NCBI GenBank assembly: GCA_003521815.1
Contig: DPHE01000079.1
Span: 1 to 62,246, forward strand
Direction: 5' to 3'
Source: Colwellia sp.
Lineage (GTDB): Bacteria; Pseudomonadota; Gammaproteobacteria; Enterobacterales; Alteromonadaceae
Length of the DNA: 62,246 bases
The notes under the pieces were generated by a model. The model did not search any database. It was not told where the DNA came from and worked only from the letters and a program-made list of their open reading frames with translations. A program made the position numbers and the translations under genes. Numbering within the stretch: the stretch's first letter is position 1; the number at the start of each line of letters is the position of its first letter. Below are positions 9,137 through 19,205 of the stretch, one piece after another.

Positions 9137-10537
9137 TTAAAAATCAGCGTTATTAGGCGTTCTTGGGAAAGGGATCACATCACGTACGTTTTGCATACCC
9201 GTAGCATAGGCCACTAGACGTTCAAAACCTAAGCCAAAGCCTGAATGAGGTACGGTGCCGTAACGACGTAAATCACGATACCAACTGTAATCAGCAGTAT
9301 CTAACCCCATTTCTTCTAAACGACTATCTAAAACATCAAGACGTTCTTCACGTTGACTACCACCAATAATCTCACCAATACCCGGTGCTAAAATATCCAT
9401 AGCAGCAACAGTTTTACCATCATCATTTAAACGCATATAGAAAGATTTAATGTCTTTAGGGTAGTTTTGTAAAACGACCGGACCATTAAAATGTTCTTCG
9501 GCTAAATAACGTTCATGTTCTGAATTTAAATCAACCCCCCAAGAAACCGGGTTTTCAAATGTCTTACCACAATTTTCTAAGATGGTAATTGCATCGGTGT
9601 AATCTAAACGGACAAAGTCAGTTTTTATAACAGAGTTCAAACGCTCTACCACTGTTTTATCAACACGTTGTTGGAAGAAGGCAATATCATCACTGCGCTC
9701 ATCTAAAACGGCTTTAAATACATATTTTAACATCTCTTCAGCTAAATCGGCTGCATCTGATAAATCAGCGAAAGCGATTTCAGGTTCAACCATCCAAAAT
9801 TCAGCTAAGTGACGAGAAGTATTAGAGTTTTCAGCCCTAAAGGTAGGGCCAAAGGTATAAACCTTTGATAACGCGTTACAGTACGTTTCAACGTTTAATT
9901 GACCAGAAACGGTTAGAAATGTTTCTTTGCCAAAAAAGTCTTGTTTGTAATCAACTTTACCACTGTCATCACGTGGTAAGTTTTCCATATCTAAAGTACT
10001 AACTCGGAACATTTCTCCTGCACCTTCACAATCACTACCCGTAATCAGTGGTGTGCTTATCCAAAAGTAACCTTTAGAGTGCAAGAATCGGTGAATGGCT
10101 TGAGCTAAACAATTACGAACACGAGTTACTGCACCGCCGATGTTCGTACGAGCACGTAAATGCGCTTGTTCACGTAAAAACTCAATACTATGACGTTTTG
10201 CTGCCATTGGGTAAGTATCAGGGTCTTCAACAAGGCCTAATACCTCTACAGCCGTTGCTTGTATTTCAAAAGATTGTCCTTTACCAGGAGACTCAACCAA
10301 TATGCCAGTGACTTTAACTGAACAACCCGTGGTTAACTTAAGAACCTCTTCTTGATAATTAGTAAGATCACTAGGTACGATAGCTTGAATGGCATCAAAG
10401 CATGAACCATCATGAATAGCTAAAAAAGAAATGCCGGCTTTTGAATCACGGCGAGTTCGTATCCAACCATGAACGGTAATAGTTTCATCAACAGGGAATT
10501 TTCCCGCTAATACATCAGTAATTGCTATAACTGACAT
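9137..10537 (-). CDS. asnS: asparagine--tRNA ligase
   Basis: [56 protein letters not shown]; 466 aa. Confidence 0.98.
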   Translation of the reverse strand: MSVIAITDVLAGKFPVDETITVHGWIRTRRDSKAGISFLAIHDGSCFDAIQAIVPSDLTNYQEEVLKLTTGCSVKVTGILVESPGKGQSFEIQATAVEVLGLVEDPDTYPMAAKRHSIEFLREQAHLRARTNIGGAVTRVRNCLAQAIHRFLHSKGYFWISTPLITGSDCEGAGEMFRVSTLDMENLPRDDSGKVDYKQDFFGKETFLTVSGQLNVETYCNALSKVYTFGPTFRAENSNTSRHLAEFWMVEPEIAFADLSDAADLAEEMLKYVFKAVLDERSDDIAFFQQRVDKTVVERLNSVIKTDFVRLDYTDAITILENCGKTFENPVSWGVDLNSEHERYLAEEHFNGPVVLQNYPKDIKSFYMRLNDDGKTVAAMDILAPGIGEIIGGSQREERLDVLDSRLEEMGLDTADYSWYRDLRRYGTVPHSGFGLGFERLVAYATGMQNVRDVIPFPRTPNNADF

Positions 10538-10784
10538 GTAATGACCTCTTATATTTTATCGAATGTACTGAATTTTTTAAGGTGGTTATGTTACCGTGAC
10601 TTTCATGTTTAACAAGTAAAACTTGCTAAATTAATTAACTATCATTGAAAAAGTTACTTTATAAGGTTAAAAAGACTTAAATTTGGCTAAAATGCATAAA
10701 ACAAGCCTAAACAACTAAAATAAAAGAGCGGCGGGAATCTCATTTCGCTGTCTTTGATTTTACCTCATCCGCTTAACACGTTTG

Positions 10785-12128
10785 CTAAATAAAACAGTCA
10801 TCTTCATCTAGCACAATTGAAATAGCATTGATTAACGTTGTTAATTGCTCGGCATTAATGATAAGTGGTGGAATAATATAGATAAGCGTACCAAAAGGGC
10901 GGATCCAAACGCCTAGTTCGACAAAGCGTTTTTGTATTACGGCTACATTTACCGCTTGGAAGCATTCAACGGCCCCAATAGAGCCTAATACACGTGTATC
11001 TTTAACTCTATTGTACTTTTTTAAGGGGAGTAATAACTCTTTTAATGTCTGTTCGATGGTTTGAACCTGTTGTTGCCAATTATTCTCAAACAATAAATCA
11101 ATACTTGCGTTAGCTACCGCACACGCTAGCGCATTGCCCATAAACGTAGGCCCATGCATAAAGCATCCTGCTTCTCCTGTACTTATGGTGTTTGCAATAG
11201 TATTCGTACATAACGTGGCTGCTAATGTCATGTATCCGCCAGTAAGCGTTTTACCTAGGCACATAATATCAGGATTAATGTCAGCCCATTCACAAGCAAA
11301 TAGTTTACCCGTGCGGCCAAAGCCTGTGGCTATTTCATCAACAATAAGTAACACATCATATTGATCACATAATTGACGACAAGTCTTTAAATACTGAGGG
11401 TGGTAAAAACGCATCCCACCCGTACCTTGTACAATGGGCTCAATAATAAAGGCGGCTAACTCCTGATGATGTTGTTTAAATAATTGGCTGAGCTCTTTGG
11501 TCTCATCATTGTGCCATTGTTCGCCAAATTTAATAGTTGGCGCAGGAGCAAAATAGTTCAGCATTAATACTTGTTCAAATATTTGATGCATACCCGTTAC
11601 AGGATCACATACAGACATTGCTGCAAAAGTATCGCCATGGTACCCATTTTTAACGGTAAGTAGTTTAGTTTTGGTTAATGGCTTATGTTCTTGTTGAGCT
11701 TTGCTATGCCAATACTGCAATGCCATTTTCATCGCCACTTCGACAGAAACCGAGCCAGAATCACAAAGAAAGGCTTTATCTAATCCTGGTGGCGTCAACG
11801 CTATTAACTTTTCACATAATGTTATCGCGCTAGCGTGTGTTAGACCGCCAAACATAACATGCGACATTTTAGTTGATTGCTCAACCAGCGCGGCATTTAA
11901 TTTCGGATGATTGTAGCCATGCAATACAGACCACCAAGATGACATACCATCAATAAGTGAATCACCACTGGCAAGGTTTATATTTACGCCATTGGCACTT
12001 TCTACCAGATAAGAAGGTAAGGGCGCTGACATCGAAGTGTAAGGGTGCCACACATGCTCTTTATCAAACTGCAGTAAATCATCATTACTTTTTTTGGATG
12101 TATGCATGGTTGGTTGTTTATTGCTCAT
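10785..12128 (-). CDS. bioA: adenosylmethionine-8-amino-7-oxononanoate transaminase
   Basis: VWHPYTSM, DGMSSWW, YHGDT, DEIATGFGRTG, CLGK.LTGG, HGPTFMGN. Confidence 0.97.
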   Translation of the reverse strand: MSNKQPTMHTSKKSNDDLLQFDKEHVWHPYTSMSAPLPSYLVESANGVNINLASGDSLIDGMSSWWSVLHGYNHPKLNAALVEQSTKMSHVMFGGLTHASAITLCEKLIALTPPGLDKAFLCDSGSVSVEVAMKMALQYWHSKAQQEHKPLTKTKLLTVKNGYHGDTFAAMSVCDPVTGMHQIFEQVLMLNYFAPAPTIKFGEQWHNDETKELSQLFKQHHQELAAFIIEPIVQGTGGMRFYHPQYLKTCRQLCDQYDVLLIVDEIATGFGRTGKLFACEWADINPDIMCLGKTLTGGYMTLAATLCTNTIANTISTGEAGCFMHGPTFMGNALACAVANASIDLLFENNWQQQVQTIEQTLKELLLPLKKYNRVKDTRVLGSIGAVECFQAVNVAVIQKRFVELGVWIRPFGTLIYIIPPLIINAEQLTTLINAISIVLDEDDCFI

Positions 12129-12161
12129 ATGTTAACTAAAGGCGGTTTTAATTATTGACAT
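12129..12161. promoter_or_regulatory. probable BirA (bio) operator
   Basis: ATGTTAAC-N17-ATTGACAT imperfect inverted repeat in the 72-bp divergent bioA/bioB gap; resembles E. coli bioO TGTAAAC-N18-GTTTACA. Confidence 0.55.
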
Positions 12162-12200
12162 TAAGTGTGTGAACGCTAGACTACCCGTAAATTTATATAG

Positions 12201-13304
12201 ATGCAAACGAGTCTTATGCCATTAACGTCAGTAGAAACAACCGCCATAAACGCGTCAACAAATGAAAATTCATCGGTTCGACATAATTGGACCATCAAAG
12301 AAGTAGAAGCTTTATTTGATATTCCTTTTAACGATTTAATGTTTCAAGCACAAATGACTCATCGTCAACATTTTAATCCGAATGAAGTTCAGGTGAGTAC
12401 CTTACTATCTATTAAAACGGGTGCTTGTCCAGAAGATTGTAAATATTGTTCGCAAAGTGCTCGCAATAATACTGGCCTAGAAAAAGAACGTTTGCTCGAA
12501 GTAGAGAAAGTATTGGAAGCGGCTGCAAAAGCTAAAGCAATGGGCTCGACCCGTTTTTGTATGGGGGCAGCTTGGCGTAACCCAAAAGCACGCGATATGC
12601 CCGTTGTACTTGATATGATCAAAGGTGTTAAAGCCTTGGGGCTTGAGTCTTGTATGACTTTAGGTATGTTAGATGAAAATCAAGCCGAGCAGTTGCAAGA
12701 CGCCGGTTTAGATTACTACAACCATAATCTTGACACATCACCTGAACATTATAACCAAATTATCACTACCCGTACTTATCAAGATAGATTAGACACGTTA
12801 ACTCATGTTCGAAGTTCCGGCATGAAAGTGTGTAGTGGTGGTATTGTCGGTTTAGGCGAAACAGCGGTTGATAGAGCGTCTTTACTAGTTCAATTAGCAA
12901 ACTTGCCAAAACAACCTGAAAGTGTGCCTATTAACATGTTAGTAAAAGTAGAAGGAACACCGTTAGCGGATGTTGACGATTTAGAAAGTTTTGATTTCAT
13001 ACGTTGTATCGCCGTAGCACGTATTATGATGCCACAATCACATGTGCGATTATCGGCAGGTCGCTCAGAAATGAATGAACAAATGCAATCTTTGTGTTTT
13101 CTTGCCGGGGCTAATTCAATATTTTACGGTTGTAAATTACTGACGGCTGAAAACCCTGAAACAGATACAGATACTAAGTTATTTAAAAAATTAGGTATTA
13201 ACACAGAGACTATTGTTGATGAAAGTGAACTACAGGATAAAGCACTGACAACGTCTTTAATTAATGAGCAACATAAAGAGTTGTTTTACGACGCTACCCA
13301 TTAG
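12201..13304 (+). CDS. bioB: biotin synthase
   Basis: [17 protein letters not shown] radical-SAM motif, [22 protein letters not shown]; exact start uncertain. Confidence 0.97.
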   Translation: MQTSLMPLTSVETTAINASTNENSSVRHNWTIKEVEALFDIPFNDLMFQAQMTHRQHFNPNEVQVSTLLSIKTGACPEDCKYCSQSARNNTGLEKERLLEVEKVLEAAAKAKAMGSTRFCMGAAWRNPKARDMPVVLDMIKGVKALGLESCMTLGMLDENQAEQLQDAGLDYYNHNLDTSPEHYNQIITTRTYQDRLDTLTHVRSSGMKVCSGGIVGLGETAVDRASLLVQLANLPKQPESVPINMLVKVEGTPLADVDDLESFDFIRCIAVARIMMPQSHVRLSAGRSEMNEQMQSLCFLAGANSIFYGCKLLTAENPETDTDTKLFKKLGINTETIVDESELQDKALTTSLINEQHKELFYDATH

Positions 13305-13355
13305 CTTATCCATTACTTATGCATTATAACTTTAACAACCATAAATAATACGACA

Positions 13356-14540
13356 ATGGCATTTAACTTTATTGCTGGGCAAGTAACCGCGCAAAAATCA
13401 CAAGCTCTATACAGACAACGCGTGTGTTTACAAGCGGCAGAAAATATTGCTCAGCAGCAAGGTACCCAAATACTTGTTGATGGCAAACCCTATATAAATT
13501 TTTCTTCAAATGATTATTTAGGATTAAATAACCACGATGAAATAAATAAGGCGATGCAAGAAGGCGTGGCACGATTTGGCTTATGCGCAAGTGCGTCAAG
13601 TTTAGTAACAGGCTTTCATTATGCACATCAAGCTTTAGAAGATAAAATTTGCCAGTGGGTAAATAAACCTCGTTGCCTAATATTTACTAGTGGCTATTCA
13701 GCAAATGTAGCGCTGTTTCAAACACTAGGCCAAGAAACGGGAACAGACAGAGCCCATTTTTTTCTGGATAAACTATCTCATGCTTCAATGCTTGATGGTG
13801 CATTTTCAAGTAAAGCTAAAGTAAAGCGCTTTGCCCATAATAACACCGAGCAATTAGCGCAATTATTGTCTAGCTCTGATGGTCAAAATAAATTGGTCGC
13901 CACTGAAGGTGTTTTCAGCATGGATGGTGATCAAGCTAGGCTTATTGAACTTGCCAGCGTTACCCAAAAAAATAAGGCTTGGCTTTATGTTGATGATGCT
14001 CATAGTATCGGCGTGATTGGTGATCAAGGTCAGGGGAGTGCTAGTATATTAACGAACAGTAATCAAGTAGATATTACCATGGCAACCTTTGGAAAAGCGA
14101 TTGCCACTAGTGGTTCTTTTTTAGCATGCGATGAAAGTTTACATGATTATTTGATTAACTTTGCTAGGCATTACATATACTCAACTGCAATTTCTCCCGC
14201 ACTGGCTTGGGCAACAATAAAGAGTATTGAGCTCATTCAACAAGAACAATGGCGGCGTGATAAAATCACAGAGTTAGGTGCTTTATTTGTTGAATTACTT
14301 GATCCACGTATTGAGGTAATACCATCATCATCTTCAATTCATGCAATCATTATTGGTGATGAGCAAGAAACCCTCAATGTCAGTGAACAATTAAAAAAAC
14401 AAGGGATTTGGCTAACCGCTATCCGCCCACCAACGGTTTCCATTGGTAGCTCTAGGTTACGTGTTACCATTTGTGCCAGCCATAATCATAATGATATCAA
14501 ACATCTAGCAAAGTACTTAAATAAAGCACTTTGTAAATAA
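13356..14540 (+). CDS. bioF: 8-amino-7-oxononanoate synthase
   Basis: NFSSNDYLGL, SGYSAN, HAS, EGVFSMDGD, DDAH, TFGKA, AIRPPTV. Confidence 0.95.
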   Translation: MAFNFIAGQVTAQKSQALYRQRVCLQAAENIAQQQGTQILVDGKPYINFSSNDYLGLNNHDEINKAMQEGVARFGLCASASSLVTGFHYAHQALEDKICQWVNKPRCLIFTSGYSANVALFQTLGQETGTDRAHFFLDKLSHASMLDGAFSSKAKVKRFAHNNTEQLAQLLSSSDGQNKLVATEGVFSMDGDQARLIELASVTQKNKAWLYVDDAHSIGVIGDQGQGSASILTNSNQVDITMATFGKAIATSGSFLACDESLHDYLINFARHYIYSTAISPALAWATIKSIELIQQEQWRRDKITELGALFVELLDPRIEVIPSSSSIHAIIIGDEQETLNVSEQLKKQGIWLTAIRPPTVSIGSSRLRVTICASHNHNDIKHLAKYLNKALCK

Positions 14541-14556
14541 CGGTAGGACAGTCTTC

Positions 14557-15354
14557 ATGACCTTAACAGTGGATCATCAAGAAAACAAAATAAAAATAGC
14601 ACAAAGTTTTGGCTCTGCCAGTCAATCTTACGATATGTCCGCCCGATTACAGCGATTTTCGGGTAAACATTTAATACCGTGGTTGCCAAAGAGAAGTGAT
14701 ATCACGGTCTTAGATTTAGGCTCTGGAACCGGTTTTTTTACCGATTTATTAGCGAGTTCTTATCAACACGTTATTGGCTTAGATTTGTCAAAATGCATGC
14801 TTCGTTTTGCGCAAGAAAGTCGCAATCAAGCGATTACTTGGCTTGAGGCAGATGTTCATAAAATACCCTTACAAGATGAAAGTGTGGATTTGATTTATTC
14901 AAATCTTGTCATTCAATGGTGTGATCCTCTTGATATTGCCATTACGGAAATGTTACGCGTATTAAAGCCGGATGGCTTGATCCTATTTACCACCTTAGTG
15001 AATGGTACTTTACATGAATTAAAATCCTCATGGAAAAAAGTCGATAGTGATCAACATGTTATTGATTTTACTACTGAAAGTGAATTAAATAAGCTATTCA
15101 ATACGGATGCTTCAAATATATTAGAGCATAGATGCCAAGACATAGTACTGGAATATCAGAACGTTATTCATTTAGCTCGGGAGCTTAAAGGCTTAGGTGC
15201 TAATCATTTACCGAAAAAGCGTAATCGTGGTTTATCTGGTAAAGAAAAATGGTTTGCTATGACTGAACATTACCAAGATTTTCTTGAGCCTAGCGGTATC
15301 TATCCGGCCACCTACCGTTTGTATTCAGGTCTAGTCACCAAGCTAAATAATTAA
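14557..15354 (+). CDS. bioC: malonyl-ACP O-methyltransferase
   Basis: K.IA.SF..A...YD..A.LQ, VLDLGSGTG, SNL..QWC, L.EL..SW; operon position. Confidence 0.92.
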   Translation: MTLTVDHQENKIKIAQSFGSASQSYDMSARLQRFSGKHLIPWLPKRSDITVLDLGSGTGFFTDLLASSYQHVIGLDLSKCMLRFAQESRNQAITWLEADVHKIPLQDESVDLIYSNLVIQWCDPLDIAITEMLRVLKPDGLILFTTLVNGTLHELKSSWKKVDSDQHVIDFTTESELNKLFNTDASNILEHRCQDIVLEYQNVIHLARELKGLGANHLPKKRNRGLSGKEKWFAMTEHYQDFLEPSGIYPATYRLYSGLVTKLNN

Positions 15355-15394
15355 GTATTCTATTTAAATACCCTATTCGAGATAAAGTCTACAG

Positions 15395-16123
15395 ATGAAA
15401 TGTTTTTTTATTACCGCCACCGATACCGATGCAGGAAAAACGTTTGTTGCTTGTGCGCTTACTCAGGCGTTAATAAATAGTGGTAACAAGGTCGCTGTGT
15501 ACAAGCCAATTGCCGCGGGCTGCCGCCAAGTAGGTGAAAAATTAATGAATGAAGATGCCGAGCTGTTAAGACAATTTGGCAATTGTCAGCAAAGTATTAG
15601 TGATGTAAATCCTATTACTTTTAAAGAAGCAATTGCTCCTCATATTGCCGCCTTAAATGAAAAAAGAGTTATATCTATTGATGAAATTTCCCAAGCTTTT
15701 AACCAAGTAATTTCATTAAAAGCCGATATAAATATAACTGAAGGCGCAGGTGGTTGGCGTTTGCCAATATACATAAACAACAATATACGTAATGTTGAAA
15801 GGAAACATATTTTCTTATCAGATTTTGCTCAAGATACTCAGCAAGAAGTTATTTTAGTCGTCAATATGAAATTAGGTTGTTTAAACCATGCACTATTAAC
15901 CTACCAAGCGATAATAGCGGATGGTTTAAATTGTATTGCTTGGGTTGCTAACAACGCCAGTGAACAACCAATGTCTTGTTTAAACGAGAATATAGTATCG
16001 TTAGAACAACTTTTACCTATCCCTAAAATTGCACAGCTCGATTTTTATCATGAACATAATATGAGTTTACAAGATAAAATTAATGCAGCCGCCAAAATAA
16101 TCAATGTAACGCCTTTACGTTAA
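15395..16123 (+). CDS. bioD: dethiobiotin synthase
   Basis: FITATDTDAGKT, YKPIAAG, APH.AA, EGAGGW, LGCLNHA.LT. Confidence 0.96.
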   Translation: MKCFFITATDTDAGKTFVACALTQALINSGNKVAVYKPIAAGCRQVGEKLMNEDAELLRQFGNCQQSISDVNPITFKEAIAPHIAALNEKRVISIDEISQAFNQVISLKADINITEGAGGWRLPIYINNNIRNVERKHIFLSDFAQDTQQEVILVVNMKLGCLNHALLTYQAIIADGLNCIAWVANNASEQPMSCLNENIVSLEQLLPIPKIAQLDFYHEHNMSLQDKINAAAKIINVTPLR

Positions 16124-16188
16124 ATTTCAAATGAACGTCCATATTATTAGTGAGTTTGCATCTCGTTACAATTAATGTAACAACCAAT

Positions 16189-16611
16189 TTATTTCCCCAA
16201 TTCAACCAAGCAAGCACTTGCAATAAAACCTGAACGGGTTTTATAAGCAGTACTTTTACTAACCCTTTCATCTATTTGTTTTATTAATAGTTCCGGTAGG
16301 GTGACATTGATCTTATGACTTTTGCCTAAATAGGCCGTTATATCAATATCTACAATCGCCCAAAAAGCCTGCGAATGCGTGTGTGGATTATCGATAGTAT
16401 ATTGCTGTCTGTGTTTTTCTATACTCAATGCTGACGGAATTTTTTCACCATACTCAGCCAGTATAGCTAAGTGAGATTTAATACTTTGGCTTATTTTTTC
16501 TAATCCCAAATCTATTGAATCTGCATTAGTAGCACAACCCGGTAGGTCAGGTACTGACATTTGATAAACGCCATCGTTTGTTACTGAAACGAAGATAATT
16601 GCATATTTCAT
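16189..16611 (-). CDS. HicB-family antitoxin-like protein with C-terminal ribbon-helix-helix domain (no adjacent hicA)
   Basis: VPDLPGC partial RNase H fold; GKSHKINVTLP..LI..IDE.V.....Y.TRSGFIA RHH; start at MKYAII. Confidence 0.88.
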   Translation of the reverse strand: MKYAIIFVSVTNDGVYQMSVPDLPGCATNADSIDLGLEKISQSIKSHLAILAEYGEKIPSALSIEKHRQQYTIDNPHTHSQAFWAIVDIDITAYLGKSHKINVTLPELLIKQIDERVSKSTAYKTRSGFIASACLVELGK

Positions 16612-16642
16612 AATGACCACTTTTATAAAAAAACTTAAATTA

Positions 16643-16671
16643 ATTATACCCCCGACAACCCCAAAAGTAAA
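16643..16671 (-). promoter_or_regulatory. sigma70 promoter of the hicB-like gene
   Basis: On minus strand TTTACT-N17-TATAAT, with the -10 ending 31 nt before ATG 16611. Confidence 0.6.
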
Positions 16672-16761
16672 ACCAACAACAACCCTGGTAACCCCTCTAC
16701 CTTCAGTCATGGTAACTCCAGCAACCCTACAGGCGGAATCAATGGTAACCCTGGTAACTCT
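16645..16761. repeat. four 18-bp motifs at exact 33-bp period (operator- or iteron-like array)
   Basis: TATACCCCCGACAACCCC (16645), AACAACCCTGGTAACCCC (16678), GGTAACTCCAGCAACCCT (16711), GGTAACCCTGGTAACTCT (16744); each is two 9-bp direct half-sites; 15-bp unrelated spacers. Confidence 0.85.
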
Positions 16762-17077
16762 TTATGGTAGGGAAGTGATTGATTACTACTTACTTAGTCC
16801 TCTTAAAATATGATAAGTAAAAATAGTGGGTAAAATTATTAACGTTTACTTTTTTATTAAAATAATGAATGGTTAAAGAGTAAAATTAATACGCTAGAGT
16901 TATCTATTAATAATGGTAGATTCAAAAATTGACCATTATAATAAAGGTTAAACACAGAGGCTTATCAATCACTCTGTTAAAATCTGTCAATAATTATCAC
17001 GTTTTTCTTGAATGTAAATAAGTGTAGTCCGTCAAATTAGTGGAACAATTTGTTTATAAAACGCATTAGGAAATTTT

Positions 17078-18193
17078 ATGAAAGAGCTTATTCATTCCAA
17101 CCGTGAACTACTGATTACCGTTGTTGGTATTGGTGGTTGTGGCTGTAATACTATCAACATGTTGTATGAAAATGGTTTATCACAGCAAGTAAATTTAATT
17201 GCTGTGAATACTGATCTGGCCGCATTAAATACCTTGCAGGTAGAAAACAAAATACTCATTGGTGAAAACTTAACAAATGGCTATGGTGCTGGCTCTAACC
17301 CTGAAGTAGGTTTAAAAGCCGCAGAAGAAAGTAAAGAGCTGTTAACCAATGCCATAAAAAACAGCGATATTGTTATTATTACTGCAGGTTTTGGTGGTGG
17401 TACTGGTACAGGGGCTAGCCCTTTGGTTGCTCGTATCGCGCGTGAGTTAAATATTAATTGTTTAGCTATTGTCACTTTACCTTTTGAATCAGAAGGGAAA
17501 CTGCGAATGGATTTTGCTCTACAGGGAATTAAGGACATTAAAGACCCAGTACATGCCTACATCACGCTATCCAACGATCTACTGTTGAAAGGTTTAGGAA
17601 AGAGTATTGGTTTGTTTGTTGCATTTAACCAAAGTAATGAAGTATTGAAAAATTTACTGGTATCGTTAGTGCAAATGTTGACGGAGACTGGTTATGTTAA
17701 TGTAGATAAAAATGATTTTGCTAGCATACTATCCTATGAAGGCGAGTCTATTTTAGGGGTAGGAAAAGCCGAAACCGAGGAATTAGCGTTTGATGCCTTG
17801 GATCAAGCGCTTAATAATCCGTTAGTTTCTATTGCTAAAATAGATACAGCAAAGGGCATTATTTTCCAACTATTTTGTAAATCTGAGCCTAAGCTTTCTA
17901 CATATAATGGTTTAATTGACCAAATTAGAGAAAAAATCACCAACAAATCTGTCCTTATTGTTCCTGGTGTTACGTTAGATCCCAACTTATCATCTGAAAT
18001 TGAAATTTTAATTGTTGCCTCAGGTATTACATCGTTATCGTCAGAGACCAATAGTATTGATGTGTCAACAATCAAAGAGGCCGCCTGTGTAGAAGACGAT
18101 TTAATTTGTGATGAATTATTGTCAAATGATGTCAAGGCACAAAGCTATACTGATATTCCAGCAATCACTCGAAAGTTAAGAGCCAATAAATAA
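17078..18193 (+). CDS. ftsZ: FtsZ-family GTPase (probable paralog outside the dcw cluster)
   Basis: VVGIGGCGCN, AVNTD..AL, GAGSNPEVG..AAEES, AGFGGGTGTGASP tubulin signature, PF..EG..R, NVDKND T7 loop, C-terminal DIPAITRK. Confidence 0.9.
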   Translation: MKELIHSNRELLITVVGIGGCGCNTINMLYENGLSQQVNLIAVNTDLAALNTLQVENKILIGENLTNGYGAGSNPEVGLKAAEESKELLTNAIKNSDIVIITAGFGGGTGTGASPLVARIARELNINCLAIVTLPFESEGKLRMDFALQGIKDIKDPVHAYITLSNDLLLKGLGKSIGLFVAFNQSNEVLKNLLVSLVQMLTETGYVNVDKNDFASILSYEGESILGVGKAETEELAFDALDQALNNPLVSIAKIDTAKGIIFQLFCKSEPKLSTYNGLIDQIREKITNKSVLIVPGVTLDPNLSSEIEILIVASGITSLSSETNSIDVSTIKEAACVEDDLICDELLSNDVKAQSYTDIPAITRKLRANK

Positions 18194-18210
18194 ACAGGGT
18201 AAATAACGTT

Positions 18211-18462
18211 ATGTCTAAGCCGAATAAAAAAGGCCCAACAAAAACCGTCGATATTTTTTGCAAGGCATGTAACGCACACTTATTTAAATATAGAAAAGGT
18301 GGGAAGGGTGCTTTGGTGAAATGTTTTAAAGAACGTATAAGCCAAGATTACACCGTAAGCGTTGGTGTGTGTCCTAAATGCGATAAAGTATTCGCTCGTG
18401 ACACTTTGGTTAAAGGCACACCTGCTTATAAAATTGTTGGTGGTAAAGTTTGGTTCAAATAG
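18211..18462 (+). CDS. small basic zinc-ribbon-like hypothetical protein
   Basis: CxxC...LFKYRKGGKGALVKC...CPxC; 83 aa; 17 bp after ftsZ-like stop. Confidence 0.7.
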   Translation: MSKPNKKGPTKTVDIFCKACNAHLFKYRKGGKGALVKCFKERISQDYTVSVGVCPKCDKVFARDTLVKGTPAYKIVGGKVWFK

Positions 18463-18533
18463 CGATGGGGTTATGATGAATTACAACCACACAAGTAATA
18501 ACTAGACCCAGAGGATCGTCATATACTTTCAAT

Positions 18534-19012
18534 CTATATATTAGATTTCATTTGATCATTTGAATTTGAGTAAGCTTTGTTTTTTAATAACCAGTATGTT
18601 ATCCCTAAGGCTATTGTTACTAAAGCAAGTCCAATAACTTGTTCCACTGAAACAATTTTGACATCTAGTACGATAATTTTACGTGCGACGGACATTAAGG
18701 CAGTCGCAACAACCAATTCTACCGGAATAACATTTGATCCTAGATATAATCGAATATTGATAAAATTTCAACGGCTATCAATACCACCATAAAAGCACCA
18801 AAAGTTTGCAAAATATCTTCAACATCTAAGAGAAAGTATGGAGGAGTAGAGAGTTTCATGTACAGAACATACACAACATCAGCAATACTCCAATAGATGA
18901 CTAAGACCATCAATAAGGCGAGTATTCTTATGGCAAATCGTATAGTACGATGTAAGACCATTAACAATGGATCGGAGTGATTCGCAGGTAGTTCTTCGTG
19001 TTTCATAGTCAT
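18534..19012 (-). pseudogene. phosphate-starvation-inducible PsiE-family membrane protein, frameshifted
   Basis: Adding one base at the A4 run 18762-18765 joins ...VLIAVEIF-INIRLYLGSNVIPVELVVATALMSVARKIIVLD, the family motif. Confidence 0.8.
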
Positions 19013-19205
19013 TCCTTGACGATAAGGATAAATTAATCTAAATTTATTCTCTTTGTATATTACTGAGAAATCACAGTAATATACAGCTAAATTTCATTTT
19101 ATCTAAGCCTTTGATTGCACACAAATAGCTCGGGTCGAATCAATGTTATAAAAAATTTAATCCGTATATTGGTTGGAGCAACTCTAAAAAATGGTGAGTA
19201 AAGTA

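Noticed and set aside
16645..16761. CRISPR array interpretation of the 33-bp periodic repeats
   Set aside because: Repeats (18 bp) and spacers (15 bp) are too short, the repeats are degenerate and non-palindromic, and no cas genes are in the window.
16613..16813. 66-aa plus-strand ORF with 11-aa periodicity, and the 33-aa N-terminal extension of HicB
   Set aside because: Both are explained by the 33-bp DNA period; no RBS, overlap with the predicted hicB promoter, and no HicA similarity.
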